Source of the DNA: Hyaloraphidium curvatum SAG 235-1
Taxonomy: Eukaryota > Fungi > Monoblepharomycota
DNA length: 64,000 nucleotides
NCBI GenBank assembly: GCA_025558095.1
Contig: JAIVFI010000021.1
Coordinates: 248,001-312,000 of the forward strand
Direction of reading: 5' to 3'
The translations under genes were made by a program, and so were the position numbers. The notes under the pieces are model-generated. The model did not search any database, was not told where the DNA came from, and saw nothing but the letters and a program-made list of their open reading frames with translations. The number at the start of each line of letters is the position of its first letter. Position 1 is the stretch's first letter. Shown piece by piece: positions 34,350 to 47,983 of this stretch.

Positions 34350-35442
34350 TCAGGCCTCTTCATCGGCCCTATCCCGCTTCTTCTTCTCCTTTTTTGCCTT
34401 CTTCAGCGCCTTGCGCGACGCCTTGTCCAAAAGCTCGTCCGCGGACGCTCCAGATCCGAGAGCAGCCTCCGCTTCGTCCCGCAAGGATGTCTCAAGCTTC
34501 CGTGCTTCGCGCTTCTGCCGCTTCTCCTCCTTCCGAGCCCGTTTTTCGGCTTTCCGGCGCGCCTTCTCGCTGTCGCCACCGTTAGCGACCCCGTCCGAGA
34601 CCGAAGAAAGGGGTCCAGCAACATTCTCCGCCTTGCGCCGCTTCTTGGCCTCCTTCCGATCCACACCTTCGAAGCCGTCATCGGAGCCTTCTCGCAGCCC
34701 GCCAAACCCCAGGCCGGCGGTTGCCTGGTAGCTCGCGGCGTCGGAGGTCGAGACCGAGCCGACGCGGCCCAGGCGCTTCATCTTGTCCGCAAAGTACTCC
34801 GCCGACGTCATCTTCTGGACGACGGTTTTGGGCTCAAACTCTTCGACCGGGGTCGCCGGCCGCGAGTCGTCGGACGCAGCCGCTGGCGACGCCGCGCCGG
34901 CATCCGACCGCTCGTCGCCGGCTTTCCGCTTTCCGAGGATCATGGTGATGTCCTTGGAGTCGTAGTTGGACACCTGCTTGTTCCGGACGAACTTCTTCCG
35001 GTGCAGCAACCGGTGGCCCCCGACGGAAGGGTTGGAGCCCGTCCCCGAGCCCGTCTCGGTGTCGGCGTCGCTCTCTGCGCCCTTCTCCGAGCTCCCCGCG
35101 GCGTCCTGGTTCAGAGATTTCAGGAGGGCGTCGAACGCGTCCGTATTGTCAAGCCAGGCGTCCACGGTCTTCTTGGTCGCGCCGACGCCTTTTGGGAGGA
35201 GGTGATCAGCGAACTTTGGCCGGCAGCAGCTCCTCGCATTTCGGCCTACCGAGGCTGTCCTCCTTCTTCCACAGCTTAATGTGCTCCTTCATGCCCTCCC
35301 CGTTCTTGCCGAGGCCGCGCTCGGCGGACCAGCCCATCTTCTGCATCAGCACGTAGCCGAACTTGCTCTTGTCCCGCGCCCAAGTCTGGTTCTGCGGGTC
35401 CGCGCTGATGCGCTGCCGTCTTCGAGGCTCCGCGAGGCCCAT
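34350..35442 (-). CDS. PXR1: G-patch protein PXR1/PinX1, spliced
   Basis: MGLAEPRRRQRISADPQNQTWARDKSKFGYVLMQKMGWSAERGLG, WLDNTDAFDALLKSLN, Lys-rich C-terminus. Confidence 0.88.
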
Positions 35443-35616
35443 TTTGCGGCGCCCTTCCTGCTCCGCGGGGGAGGGAGCTGCCGAAAGGTTTCCTTTGTTT
35501 TGACGGCGTCGGCAGGAGTTCCTAGCATTTTCGGCGGCGTCGCAATAAATTTTGGTAGCACGGCTGTCGGCAACAACCAGTGCCGAGTCCGGTCCGCGCC
35601 GGGCGCATTCGCCGCC

Positions 35617-36547
35617 ATGGTCGGCCAGGCAAACGGCACGATGGATCCGGCATCGAAAGGCGCCGTGAGACCGCCCGGCTCCGCAACCCCGGCGTCCTCG
35701 GGCGCGCCCGATGTCGGGTCTCCCGCGGGACGCGCCGGCGCCCAAACGGACGGCGCGGGGGTCAAGCGGCTCGTGGACTTTGGCGTCATCGAGCGCGAGG
35801 TGGTGGAGCTGATCGTCGGGCGGGACGACCGCCTGAGCGAGAAGGTGGCCAAGAGCCTCAAGGTGCTCGAGGAAGCCTACGAGCGATACGGGTGGGCAGG
35901 CCGCGGAGGAGGCTCGCCGAGCCCGTGCTGATCCCGCGCTTTCATGCAGGCCCGACGGATTCGCGCTTTCGTTCAACGGCGGCAAGGATTGCACAGTCCT
36001 CCTGCACCTCCAGGCCGCCGCGTTGTACCTTTACGAGCGGAAGCGGCACCCGGACTATCTCGGGGTCGGCCTCGCCGGCGCGCCGATTAAGACCGTCTAC
36101 GTGACGGTCCCGCACTCTTTCCCCGACGTGGACGAGTTCGTGGACGAGTGCCAGGCGCGGTACGGGCTGGACCTGATCCGGTTGCCCAGCCCGATGAAGT
36201 CGGCGCTGCAAAGCTACCTGGACCACGATGCGGGCGTCAAGGCCGTATGCGTGGGCACGCGCAGGACGGATCCGTACGGGTCCGGGCTCAAGCCCTTCCT
36301 GCCGACGGACAACGGCTGGCCGGACCTGATGCGGGTCCACGCCATCGTCGATTGGGACTACAGCGACGTTTGGGACTTTCTGCTGAGCCTCAAGGTGTCG
36401 TATTGCAAGCTCTATGACCAGGGGTATACGTCGCTGGGGGGCACCAACAACACGGAGCCGAACCCCGCCCTCCGGAGGCCGGACGGCACCTACGAGCCCG
36501 CGTACAAGCTCAAGGATGGGGGGCTGGAGAGGGAGGGCCGGCTATGA
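35617..36547 (+). CDS. FAD1: FAD synthase (PAPS-reductase family), spliced
   Basis: SFNGGKDCTVLLHL, GTRRTDPYG, PTDNGWPDLMRVHAIVDWDYSDVWDFL, YCKLYDQGYTSLGG...PNPAL...EREGR. Confidence 0.9.
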
Positions 36548-36680
36548 GCCGCAAGCGGGGTGATTGGATGGCGCTGGGTAGTGGCGCAGCTTCGGGATAT
36601 GCGGCGCGCGGTTCCCGCCCCGTTGCGATGGGATCGGCCGGGATCGCAGCTTCCGGGTAGCGATCCGAGGGTATCCGGGC

Positions 36681-37678
<998 letters not shown>

Positions 37679-37742
37679 TCAGTGGACACGTCGTTGATCG
37701 GCAGAAGGGACAACCAAACACTCCCCCGGGCGCCCCCTCCCG

Positions 37743-38574
37743 ATGTCGCTGTACGCGCCGCTGCCCGACTACGCGGCCGACGCCGGCGCGAAGCCGCCGC
37801 CCGACGACTTTGCGCAGCGGCTCGTGCGCGCCGTCGCCCCCGGCCGCGCCTTCGAGGAGCGCGTGCAGGGCAAGCAGGTGGTGCTCGAGAACAGGCGCAC
37901 CACCGCGGAGGCGCGCGAGGAGCGCAGGAAGCGCAAGGCGGAGCGGCGAAAGTCGGCGCGGGGGAGGATGCCCGCGAAGGAGCGGAGGGCGGCGGCGGTC
38001 TGGGACGTGCTCTCGAAGGACCAGCAGTGCGTTGGCTCCGGACCGGAAATGAACACCGGAACTGACTCTTCCGATCGTTTCGGAGGTACGACGCGTTCCT
38101 GCCGCTCCACGAGCTGTGGAACTCGTACATCGGCGAGCTCGTGGGTACCCGCGTCGACGCCAACGCCCCCGCCAAGCTCATGAAAGCGGACTACCACGGT
38201 GCCATCCTGACTGGTCGGTGGCTGCCTGCTTGCGCGGTGTGGTTGGTCTGATGCCTGTTGCGGCAGTGGTCAAGGCCACGGCGCCGTCACTCGTCGGGCT
38301 CTCGGGGATCGTGATAAAGGAGACGGAAAACACCTTCCAGATTGTCACGCGGCACAACCGGCTCAAAGGTAGGGATGCTCGGCGCCGGCGGACCGCTGGG
38401 AGTTCACCGTGGCGCCGACCCACAGTCGTACCAAAGGCCAACGCCGTCTTCCGCTGCACCCTGCCCATGCCTCCGCACGAAGCCGTGCTCTACGGCAACC
38501 AGCTCCAGTCGCGGCCCGCGGAAAGATCGTCGCGCAAGGCCAAGTACGCCAAAAAGGGCACCGTCGACCTGTGA
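37743..38574 (+). CDS. POP4: RNase P/MRP subunit p29 (Pop4), spliced
   Basis: FLPLHELWNSYI, KLMKADYHGA, PSLVGLSGIVIKETENTFQIVT, VPKANAVF, LYGNQLQSRPAERSSRK. Confidence 0.88.
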
Positions 38575-38684
38575 CCGCCGCAAAGGTTGCTTCCGCCCCA
38601 CGTTGGACCTGCCACGCTGCTGCTCATCGCCATTCACCTATACCCGACGAAGTTCTGTCATTCTTCATACCGAAAAGGCTCTAG

Positions 38685-39688
38685 CTATGCCTTTGTATCA
38701 TCGGCCCGATCCAATACCAGGCACACGTGCACGAAGCTATCGGGGTAGCCCAGGTTTTCGGCCACCCACGGCAGCGGCGCGTCCAGCGGCACCCGCAGCC
38801 CGTGTACGAGGGCCCACGGCGGGGGCCCGGGCGATCCGTCGGGGGGGAAGAGGTCGGGGACGAGCTGCCGGAGCGCGTCGCCGAGCGTTAGCTCTGGAGG
38901 CCGGGAAGGCGGTGTGCGGGGAGAGCGATCAGCTTTGGCTGCGGCAAGGCAGGTTGGGGAAGACGCACCAGGCTGCCCTTCGGCCGGTTTGGGCACGAGG
39001 TCCTGCACGACGCTGCGGTCCGGGAAATGGACCCGGAGCGGGATCCCCCTGCTCTGGCCGTCCTGTTCGCTGACCAGTTTGGAACTGACCGACCAATAGA
39101 GGTCGTGGTCGCCTGTAGACGGTGCCGGCAGGAATGGAAAGGTGTCCAGACGCCGCCAGACCGCTGCTTCCAGCAATGAAGCCCACCAGAGACCACGCCC
39201 CGCCAGATGTCGTCCTGCTCCTGCTTCCCCAGGGTCATGAGCCGCCGCACCGTGCCGTGCCGCATGAACTCCGCCTCCTTGAGCGCGTTCCTGAACAGGT
39301 CCTCGGCCACGTCCTTGACCAGCGGCGCGTGCGGTCTCACGAGGCGGTCCGCGGGGAAGCCCGAGAAGCGCACGCGCAGCGCCCACGGCAGCGGCGGCGC
39401 GGCACCGGCGGCTGCCGTCAGCTGGTCGTACAGCAGGCCGGCGGGCACGTGCCACCTGAGCGGCGCGCCGGCGAACTCGAACCACGCGTCGCGCTCGGCG
39501 TCGGCGGGCGGCAGCGCGCCGCACGCGGCGAGATGCGCGCGCAGCGCGGGCAGCAACAGCGACAGCGCGCCGCACCGCCGCGCGAGCGCGAAGAACGGCG
39601 GCGCGGCCGGCCCGTCGTCCGCCGCGACCGCAATCTCGACCGGCAGCACCGCGTGCCACGTGCGGCGCGTGACGGCCGCATCGGGCAT
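38685..39688 (-). CDS. ATG5: autophagy protein 5, spliced
   Basis: WFEFAGAPLRWHVPAGLLYDQL, PLPWALRVRF, NALKEAEFMRHG, IPLRVH, VHGLRVPLDAPLPWVAENLGYPDSFVHV. Confidence 0.92.
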
Positions 39689-39879
39689 CTCTCGGCCGAC
39701 GTGGTCGTGCCGCGGAGTCAGTGCGGGACGTCGATCCCGCCACACTCGCCCTACCCGCGGACACTGGCAGCGTCCAGCACTGTTCCTCTCGATCATCGCG
39801 CTCGCGGCGGTCGCCTTTGGTGCCGTGCCGCGGCGCCGACATGTTCGCCGTCCAAAGGACTCTGCACCGGCTCCGAGTT

Positions 39880-40174
39880 CCGGCGCGTTGATTCTGGAGA
39901 TGGGCTGGCCCGTCTTCCGGACTTCCTTTCTCAAGGCGTTCCTGGGCCGTTACTCCCCCGTCCTCCCCTCGTACGGGACGGACCTGTGGTACTCCCGCCT
40001 GGCCGCGGACATGGGCCTGGAGCTTACCTCGCGGACCACGTCGCGGTCCGCAACCCGAAACCGGCGGACAAGGGCCTCGGCGGGGGCGGCGAAATGCGGC
40101 AGAAGTTCCCGTACCGCGAGAGGGCGTGGGAGATGCTGCTCAATGCGACGGCTGCGGGCAAGGGGGGCGCGTGA
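39880..40174 (+). pseudogene. frameshifted C-terminal fragment of a DUF707-like glycosyltransferase
   Basis: ILEMGWPVFRTSFL...SYGTDLWYS, then after a frameshift near 40022-40027 YLADHVAVRNPK. This parallels FIEQQAPVFTRAAL...AWGLDVYWS...VDAIVVSH of the 30027 gene. No N-terminal half is visible. Confidence 0.55.
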
Positions 40175-40432
40175 AGGTGCCGGGGACCAGGGATGAGTAC
40201 TGGAAGGCCATGGAGAGGGCGATGAGCTGGAAGGGGGCCTGCTGCGAGGCCGAACGATCGCCAAAACCTGAAAAGGCTGTCAAGCAGATCCCTGGATAGA
40301 CGAGATTACGAAGTACTGGTCGTTTTCGCCGCATCGGATATTGACGCCTCGATAATTTGGAGGTCAGGTCGGGCGGCTCTCCCTTCCCTGCGTCTAATGT
40401 CCTCCTCGCGCGGCAAGTACTTCGCCGCCTCC

Positions 40433-41920
40433 CTACAGCTTCACCCCGCCCATCCCCGCCCAGTACGCGCTCTCGTGCCTCACGTACCGCGGCGCGATCT
40501 CCGCGATGCTCCTGCACCCGGCCAGCGCCATGGTGTTGGTCAGCTCCTCGGCAAAGATCCTGAGCAAAAGGCCATGAGCTTCGGCGCGACGGACCGGCGA
40601 CGACGATCGGGGCACCCACGCAAAAAGCTGCTCCACGCCCGCCTGCCCGCCGCACGTCAGGGACCACAGGCTCGGCCTCCCAACAAAGACGAAGGACGCG
40701 CCCAGCGCGAGCGCTTTGAACACGTCCCCGCCCGAGCGGATGCCGCCGTCGAACAGCACGGGGCATCGCCCCGCCACGGCGGCGACCACCTCGGACAGGG
40801 CCTCGATGGTCGCGGGCGCCGAGTCGAGCTGGCGGCCGCCGTGGTTGCTGACGACGATGCCGTCGACACCCAGCCGCGCGGCCAGGTCGGCGTCCTCGGC
40901 GGTGAGGATGCCCTTGAGGAGGATGGGCATCTTGGTCAGGGAGCGCAGCCAGGGCAAGGTGTCGGACCAAGTGAGCGACGAGTCGTTCTCGGTGAGCAGC
41001 GCGGCGCCCTTTTGCACGCCGGTGATCTCGTTGTGGGCTGTGAAGTTGGCGTGGTTGATGCCGGGAGGGAGCATGAAGCGGTCCCGCACGCTGGAAACAT
41101 TGCTTCCCGTCAGGATCGGCCGGCAGAGGCGGCAAAGCACGCGAGAACCCACTTGTGAAGGCGCCGTCCGAGCTGCGGGGTGTCCACCGTGACGACGAGC
41201 GCCTTGTACCCCGCCTTTTCCGCGCGCCGCACCACGTCCTCGCTCTTTGCCCTGTCCTTGAGGATGTAGAGCTGCATCCACAGCTCGCCCAGCCCGCGGC
41301 CGTCGAGCGGCTTAGGCAGCGCGTCCACGCCCTCCTTGACTTCCTCCAGGCTCTGCGACGCAAAGGTCGAGAGGCACAACACGGTGTTGTTGCGCGCCGC
41401 CGCGCGGGCGCAGCCGACCTCGCCGTCCTCGTGGCAGAATTTCACTGGTAACGAGGGGAAAGGGAAGCGAATGAGAGGGAGGCGCGCGGGCGGGGTGAGA
41501 AGCGGCATCAGCGGCCTCCCGGTCGCGCCCACTCATTGCGGTCGGCGAGATTCCGACGGGCAGATTGAACGAGGTCCCGAACACGGTTGTGAAAAGGCTC
41601 ACGGAGCTGACGTTGACCATGTAGCGCGGCCTGATCCGGATGCTCTCGAAGGCGCGCACGTTGGCGCGCTTGGTGATCTCGTCCATCGCACCCGAGGCAA
41701 AGTACTGCCATGCCGACTTGTTTCGCCGCACCATGATCTTCTCGGCCTGGGCCTCCATGTCCTTGATGCAGACCAGCTTGGGCTGGGTGTCTCCCGCGTC
41801 CTCGTCTTCGGCGGCCACGGAAGCCGGGACGCGGGCAGCGGCCGCCGCAGCGGTGCCGCCGGGCAGGTTAAAGACGAGCTGCAGGGAGACCGGCGCGGCG
41901 CCGGCATTCTTGGCCGCCAT
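40433..41920 (-). CDS. FMN-dependent alpha-hydroxy acid oxidase/dehydrogenase (glycolate oxidase-like), spliced
   Basis: YFASGAMDEIT, PVGISPTAM, WMQLYI, ALVVTVDTPQLGRR, LKGILTAEDA, VSNHGGRQLD, DGGIRSGGDVFKALALGA. Ends in VKL, which is PTS1-like. Confidence 0.92.
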
Positions 41921-42072
41921 CGCGAGCTAGAGGCGTGCGAAAGTGTAAACAATAAAGCGCCGGCGTCGGGCGCGAGGGGCCGGTTGGATCAGCAGCCCGG
42001 AATCCCCCGCCTGAGCACCGCCGCCCATGCGCCGCCGTCGTCGCCCGCGGGCGCGCACCGACCTCCGCTGAC

Positions 42073-43967
42073 ATGGACGCGCACGCTGCGCAGGGCGACC
42101 CCGGCGATGCGGGCGGCGGGCGCGACGGCTTTCCCCCGACGCCGGCGGCCACGCCCCGCGCGCCGCTCTCCGCGTCCGCCGCCGCCGCCCGGCTCGCGCG
42201 CAGGAAGCGGGCCGACCCGCTCCCCGGCGCAGACAGCTTGCACGGCGAGGATTCGCCAGACGGGCGCGGGACGCCCAGCCCGCCGCACACCCCGTTCGCA
42301 CGCCCCCCCGCGGCCCTGCAGGAGCGCTCGCCAGAGCTGGACCCGGCGTCGCCGCTGTCGCGCAAGTACCTGGCGTCGCTGCGGCGCCTGGCAGACGTCG
42401 AGCGCAACCTGGACGCGTCGGAGGACCACGTGGGCCAGGTCACCAGGGAGCTGCAGAGTCTGAAGGTGCGTCGGGCTCCCAGTCCAACTCGACGTCTGCT
42501 CCATCATCGGCATACCTCATCTCCAGGGAGACCTGGCGAGGAAGCGCAAGGAGATTGCGGAGCTCACGGCGGCAAAGGACGAGCTGGCCGCACGGACCGT
42601 TGAGGTGTGCCTTTCACCGGGGCACGCTGCTCCTCTTCCCTGACCGTTCGCGCCATGTGCTTGGGCAGCTGGAGCATTTGGTAGCGGAACTGCAGTCCTC
42701 CAAGAGCGCAGCGCACCAGCAGCTCGCCTCGTCCCGCGCGCAGCTGCGGAGCGCCGCCGGTGGGTCCTCCCAACCCTGTTTCCTATCATACGACCGCTGA
42801 TCATTTCCATTTCGGCAGAGCGGCTGGCTGCTTCGGACGCCGAGGTACAGAGCAGCAGGGCGGAGCTGGACTGTCTGCGGACTCGGGTCGCCTCGCTTGA
42901 GCGCGGCAACGACGAGGTACAGCTTCCTACCTGGCTCCCAGGGCCCCAGCGCTCACTCACAACCGCCTTTCAAACAGGCCGTCAAGCAGATCCAGGAGTT
43001 TTCCGACCTTTTCCGCGACGTGCAGGCCGAGCGGAACCACAAGGACGCCGTCATCGCGGGCCTCAACGACTCGGTCGCTCGGCTCACGGAGGAGATCGGG
43101 CTGCTGAGGCGCTCGACGGCCGCGGTCGAGGACCCGGCGCTGCTCGAGGCGCAGGCCACGCAGGGACCTCCCGTAGGTCCCCGCCGCCGCTGGTCTTTGC
43201 GCGATCCGCTCACGTGCTTGGTGCAGATCGAAGAACGCGTGCCTGTGCCGCCGTCGGCGCCGCAGACCCTTGTTCCCGCAGCCCCAGCGGAGGAGCTCCC
43301 CGCCGCTGAGGTCCTCGCAGACGCCTCCGGGCTGGACGAGCACTCGTGGCTGCCCGAGCTCTCCTTCGAACTACCTCCCCGTGTCTCCGACTCGGTGCTG
43401 GGCGACGCGAGCTTCGCGCACCGCCGCCGCACGAGCGCTGCTTTCGTGCTCGCCGCGTCGCCCGTCGAGGCTCTGGAGCTTTCCCCCGACGTCCCGCTGG
43501 ACGACATTATCGACGAGCTGACGCTCGAGGACGCGGGCGAACCGCTCGTGCGGACTTGGACGGCCTCTTCGCTCGGCGATGACGAGACAGAGGGCGTGGT
43601 TGGCGGTTTGGAGGGGAAGGACGGCCCGCTGGAGCTGCTGCTAGTCGACAGGGGCCGGACTTCCGGCGACGCGCGCCTCCGAGATCGGCCCGTGGCCCTG
43701 ATCCGTGAGCTCCTTCCTTCGGCCCACTCACGCTTCATTTCCTCATCGTCACACAAACTGCAGGCCAGGACAGCATCGTCGTCGACTCCCGGGCCCTCCT
43801 CCCCGCCGGCGGCGACACCCTCCTCCTCTACACCCTCCTGTGCGTCTCCGTCTCGCTCCTCAGCATCCTGGCCGCCGCCCTGGCCGCCGACGAGCCCACC
43901 GCCGAGCACGGATACCACGGGCTGCCGCCGCTGCTGGTTGCGGCAAGGCACGCTCTGCGGCTGGTGA
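42073..43967 (+). CDS. hypothetical coiled-coil protein, multi-exon (structure uncertain)
   Basis: Heptad-rich exons (LRRLADVERNLDASEDHVGQVTRELQSLK; AVKQIQEFSDLFRDVQAER) separated by GT..AG introns. Confidence 0.55.
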
Positions 43968-44227
43968 ACTGGGCAGAGGGGTGGGTGCTGCCGGCGCGGG
44001 AGGAGGGCTAGGACGCGGGCCGGCCCCGCAGTCCGCACGTGTATGTATAGCAGATACCCCCATGTTGTATATTCAATCACGCTTCGTCGCCTGAAAACGT
44101 GCTTGGAGGCTCCCACGGAGCGACTATTTGATTGCCACTCTTCCACTCGGACTCTGCACCTTCACTTTTCGCCTTCATCAATTCGCCCGCATCCCGCGCT
44201 GCCCTCCTCTCCGCACCCGAGCGCGCG

Positions 44228-45067
44228 ATGGCGCTCCCGCGGCAGCTCCGGCAGGGCTTCTCCCCCGCGGAAATCGAGTTCATCGCCGGCTCCGAGATGG
44301 TGACGGTGGTCCCCAACGAGAAGATCAGCAAGCTGGACTGCATCTCGGTCCGTTCCCGCTGCTTCCGGCCGTGCGACGTGGACTGAATCGCGCTCTGCTG
44401 CGTGACGCGGGATTTCGCCGGGGACAGGGGCAGTACGGCCCGTTCCGCCCGCCCATCCGGACAAAGGTCCCCGTGTGGCTGGCAATCACCCTGAAGCGGC
44501 GGAACAAGTGCCGGATAGAGCCGCCGGCGTGGCTCGATTACGGTGGGCTGCGTCGCCGCGCGGACGGCGCCGATTGGACGCTGAGGACGCGCTCCGCGGG
44601 GCAGAGCACCTCAAGGGGAAGCTTGCCAAGGAGGAGGAGTCGCAGGAGCTGTTCAGCGACCTGCCGTTCCACTACTACGAGATTTCGAGGATGCTGCTCG
44701 AGTGGTCGGTGCCTTGTCGCGGCACAGGACGCGCAGCGGCGGCTCTGACATGGTCTGGATCCCCGGTCGCTGCCGTGTCCCCCAGTGCCAGCGACGATAT
44801 CCAGAACGTGGACAAAATTCGCACGGTCCTCAAGGACCTGCAGGAACGGCGGCATAGCAAGGCCCGGCAAGGTCTCGCCAACCTCGACGGAAACGTGCTC
44901 CAGGTGGGTCCCCTCCCTGCTTCGCCGGGCGGGAGGCCGATTCCAAGGCGACTTCCGCGCAGATGGACAACCTCGGCCTCATGGAAATCAACGAGATCCG
45001 GCCCTTCTTCTCCGAAGCCTTCAACAACGTCCGCCGAATGAACGACATCGCCGACCAGGACGAGTAG
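44228..45067 (+). CDS. PSF2: GINS complex subunit Psf2, spliced
   Basis: [86 protein letters not shown]. Confidence 0.93.
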
Positions 45068-45604
45068 CAGCACCGCCGGGATCCGCCTCCTCTCCCGCAC
45101 GTGCCCGCGGAACCGACGCGGTGAAGGCGCGTCACGCAAACTCCATGATGCTCTTGAGCCACGATAGCGTCACTGTTGCGCGGTTGGGCACGGCATCAGC
45201 GTTGGCGCGCGACGCGTGGGGCAGGGGATCCCACCGTGCCTGCCGAGCATGCGGGCCACAATCGGCACGATTACGGGGAGTATGACCTTGTTCCACTGCT
45301 CCGAGAAGCTCGCTATATTGGGCGAAGGGGTGTCAAGTCATGGTGGCCGCGAGGCCGCGAATGTCACCGACCGGAACCGTCTCCGCGCCCGTCCTGCTCG
45401 TCATCGTCGATGTCGGAAATGTCATCTTCGGCATCGCCGACGTCCGGTGGTGCCGGCTCGACGGAATCCGCCATTGTTGTGGCCGGGGAGGAGGACGCGC
45501 GACGCTGGCGACGTAAACACGCCGGCGGCGTGGACTCGACTCTGCCCAGTGTCCTCCGACTCCTCCCGCCTTTCTCTTCCGATTCTTTTACTCTCTGGCA
45601 CACC

Positions 45605-46228
45605 ATGCTGGCCATACCGGCCTTGCGGCGCCTCCCGCTCCGCATCCCCGGCCGGCGCCATCTCTTCGTCGCCGTCGACTCCCCGCCCGTCGATCTGCAG
45701 GCGGCGATCGCGTACCCGTACCCCGCGTGGGTCGTCCGCGTCGGGGACGCGAGCGCCGTCACCTTCCTCCCGCCCTCGGATCTCGTCGCGCGCGACGCCC
45801 CCGAGGAGGCCTTCCTGCTGCTCGGCCCGCGCGCCGAGGCCGCTTCCTCCCAACCGCGGCTGTCGGCGTTCCGGGAGAACCGCGCTTTCCGCGCGTTCCT
45901 CAACGCGTACCTGCGCGCACACGCGTGTGAGGAGCCGCTTCTGGTCGGCATGGCGCGGACGCTTTCCCGGCACGGGTTCGGTGGCCACGTGCACCTCCAC
46001 GACCAGCGGAACCCGCCCCCGCCCAACCGCGTCGGGGACCCGGACGATTTGATCGGGATGGTCGCGTTCGATCGGAAGGGGAGGCTGGAGGAGGGCAGCT
46101 TCGAGCCCGTGGCCGAGCACAGGCTGTACCGCGAGATCGAGGGGATGCAGGGGCTCATGGTGCTGCCGGACCACACGCACAGGGGCCTAGTGGAGGCGCT
46201 GAGGAAGAGGGTCCTGGGGCAGACGTAG
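45605..46228 (+). CDS. conserved-looking uncharacterised protein with mitochondrial-type presequence
   Basis: Arg-rich N-terminus lacking acidic residues. FRENRAF...HVHLHDQRNPPPPNRVGDPDDLIGMV...GSFEP resembles an uncharacterised fungal family (from recall). Confidence 0.7.
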   Translation: MLAIPALRRLPLRIPGRRHLFVAVDSPPVDLQAAIAYPYPAWVVRVGDASAVTFLPPSDLVARDAPEEAFLLLGPRAEAASSQPRLSAFRENRAFRAFLNAYLRAHACEEPLLVGMARTLSRHGFGGHVHLHDQRNPPPPNRVGDPDDLIGMVAFDRKGRLEEGSFEPVAEHRLYREIEGMQGLMVLPDHTHRGLVEALRKRVLGQT

Positions 46229-46244
46229 AATGTCTCTCGCAGCG

Positions 46245-46300
46245 TGCCTCGGCTCCAATCAACGTCTTCTTGCCTGCCTCGGCTCCAATCAACGTCTTCT
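46245..46300. repeat. 30-bp-period tandem duplication covering the BDP1 stop codon
   Basis: tgcctcggctccaatcaacgtcttct at 46245 and 46275. Confidence 0.9.
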
Positions 46301-47850
46301 CCCCCGCGACTTTCGCGGTGGGGGCGGCGGCGTCGGCTCCCGCTCCTCCTCCTCCTGTTCCTCGGGTTCTTCCGGCACCTCTGGCACCTCTTCCGGCTCC
46401 ACCGGCTCGTCCTCCTCGCGGAAATCCCCGTCGCCTCCATCACCCGCCTCCGACCGCCCCAACCGCTCGTCGCCCGCGAACGCCAGCAGGTGGTCCATCG
46501 CATCCAGCTGCAACCCCGTCAGCTCCTCGAACCGCGCCGGCTCGCACCGCGCGCGCTTGGCGACGGCTTCGCGGACCCGGCCCGGGTTCGACTTTTCCTC
46601 GCGCTGGTACTTGAGCTTGATCTGCTTGTGCGGCCGCTGCGGGAAGCACTTGCTGACCATGGTCAAGTCGGTTCCCCAGTACGTCAGGCACTGCAATAGT
46701 GACGGGTGACCGAATGCCGGGGCGAGTGAGCGAGCTGTTAGCGCAGAAGCGTCGCCTGGAAGCCGGGCCGGCGTACCTCGTAGAAGGTCTCGGTCTCCTT
46801 CGGCGTCCACTTCTCGGCGTGGTTCTTCCTCCTCATGTACGTGTACGACGTGACGTGGTGGCGCTTGCCCTCGTCGGCCGCCACCCGGTCCATGTCGTTG
46901 TCCACGCCGCGGAACGGGTCCAGGAACAGCGAGCTCTCGTCGATCTGGATCTGGCCGTCGACGATCCGCAGCTGGGGCGCCGCCGAGCCCGACGGCACAG
47001 GCCGGTCGGGGAGGTCCAGCAGCGAGGTCCGCTTCCGCTTCCTGGCGGCGTCCTTGCCGCCGCCCTCCTCTTCGTCCTCCTCTTTGTCGCTCTCGGGCGG
47101 CAGGTTCTGCAGGTGCGCGGGCAGGCTGATGCCCAGCGACAGCAGCTCGTCGCGCCTCAGGCGCAGCCGCTTGAGCTTGGCCTTTTCTGCCCGGGCCTTT
47201 GCCCTGTCCTTGTGCGATTTGCTCGGGATGGAGCCCTCAAAGTCGTCGATGAGCTCCGTCAGGGTCAGCGTGGAGATGACCTCGTGCGGGTTGGGCGGCG
47301 GCTCCGCGGGGTCGGCGCCCTCTGCACCCTCGCCAGCGTGGTCCGCGGGAAACTGCTCCGCGTCGGCCGGCAGCGGCGCGACCCGGATCTTCTTCTTCTT
47401 CGGCTTGCGCGCGCGGGCGGCGGCGGGGTCGCCCTCGTCTCCCAGCGCGCCGGCCTCGACGGTCTCCTCCCGCTCGGTCCTGCCGCCGTCCGCGTCGTGC
47501 TCGACGGGCGGCAGCTCCTCCGCAGCCGGTGCCGCGGGAGCCGCCTGCGCCTGCCCGCGCCGCGCCCGGCCCTCGCGCGGCCGCGCACTCTGCGGCTCCC
47601 CGCCGTCCTCGTCCCTCGCGGGCGCCTCCCGCGGCGCGGCCTGCGCGTCTGCCGCCCCGGCGCCGCGCGGCACCGACGGGGCCCGCTGCGGCGGCGCGCG
47701 CGGCTCCTCCTCCGCCGCGGCCGCGCCGTCCCTCTCGCGCTCGCGCGGCGCCGGCGTCCTCTCGCGCTGCGGCGGCGCGCCCCCGCGGCGGCCCAGCACG
47801 GGCGCGAACCGCGCAGTGCGCTTCTCGACGCGGACGTTCGTCAGGTCCAT
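46289..47850 (-). CDS. BDP1: TFIIIB subunit B'' (Bdp1), SANT/Myb domain, spliced
   Basis: APQLRIVDGQIQIDESSL, VTSYTY...KWTPKETETFYE|CLTYWGTDLTMVSKCFPQRPHKQIKLKYQREEK. Confidence 0.88.
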
Positions 47851-47983
47851 TGGAGCGCGGAGGACCAAGACGTCGAGGTTGTGTGGGGTGTAATCGAATG
47901 CAGGTTGCAGGATCGATCGTCACAGAGTTGCCGCCGCTACTTGGAGAGGGCATCCGTTTCGCTTCGTCGTCACGCCCGGGTGG

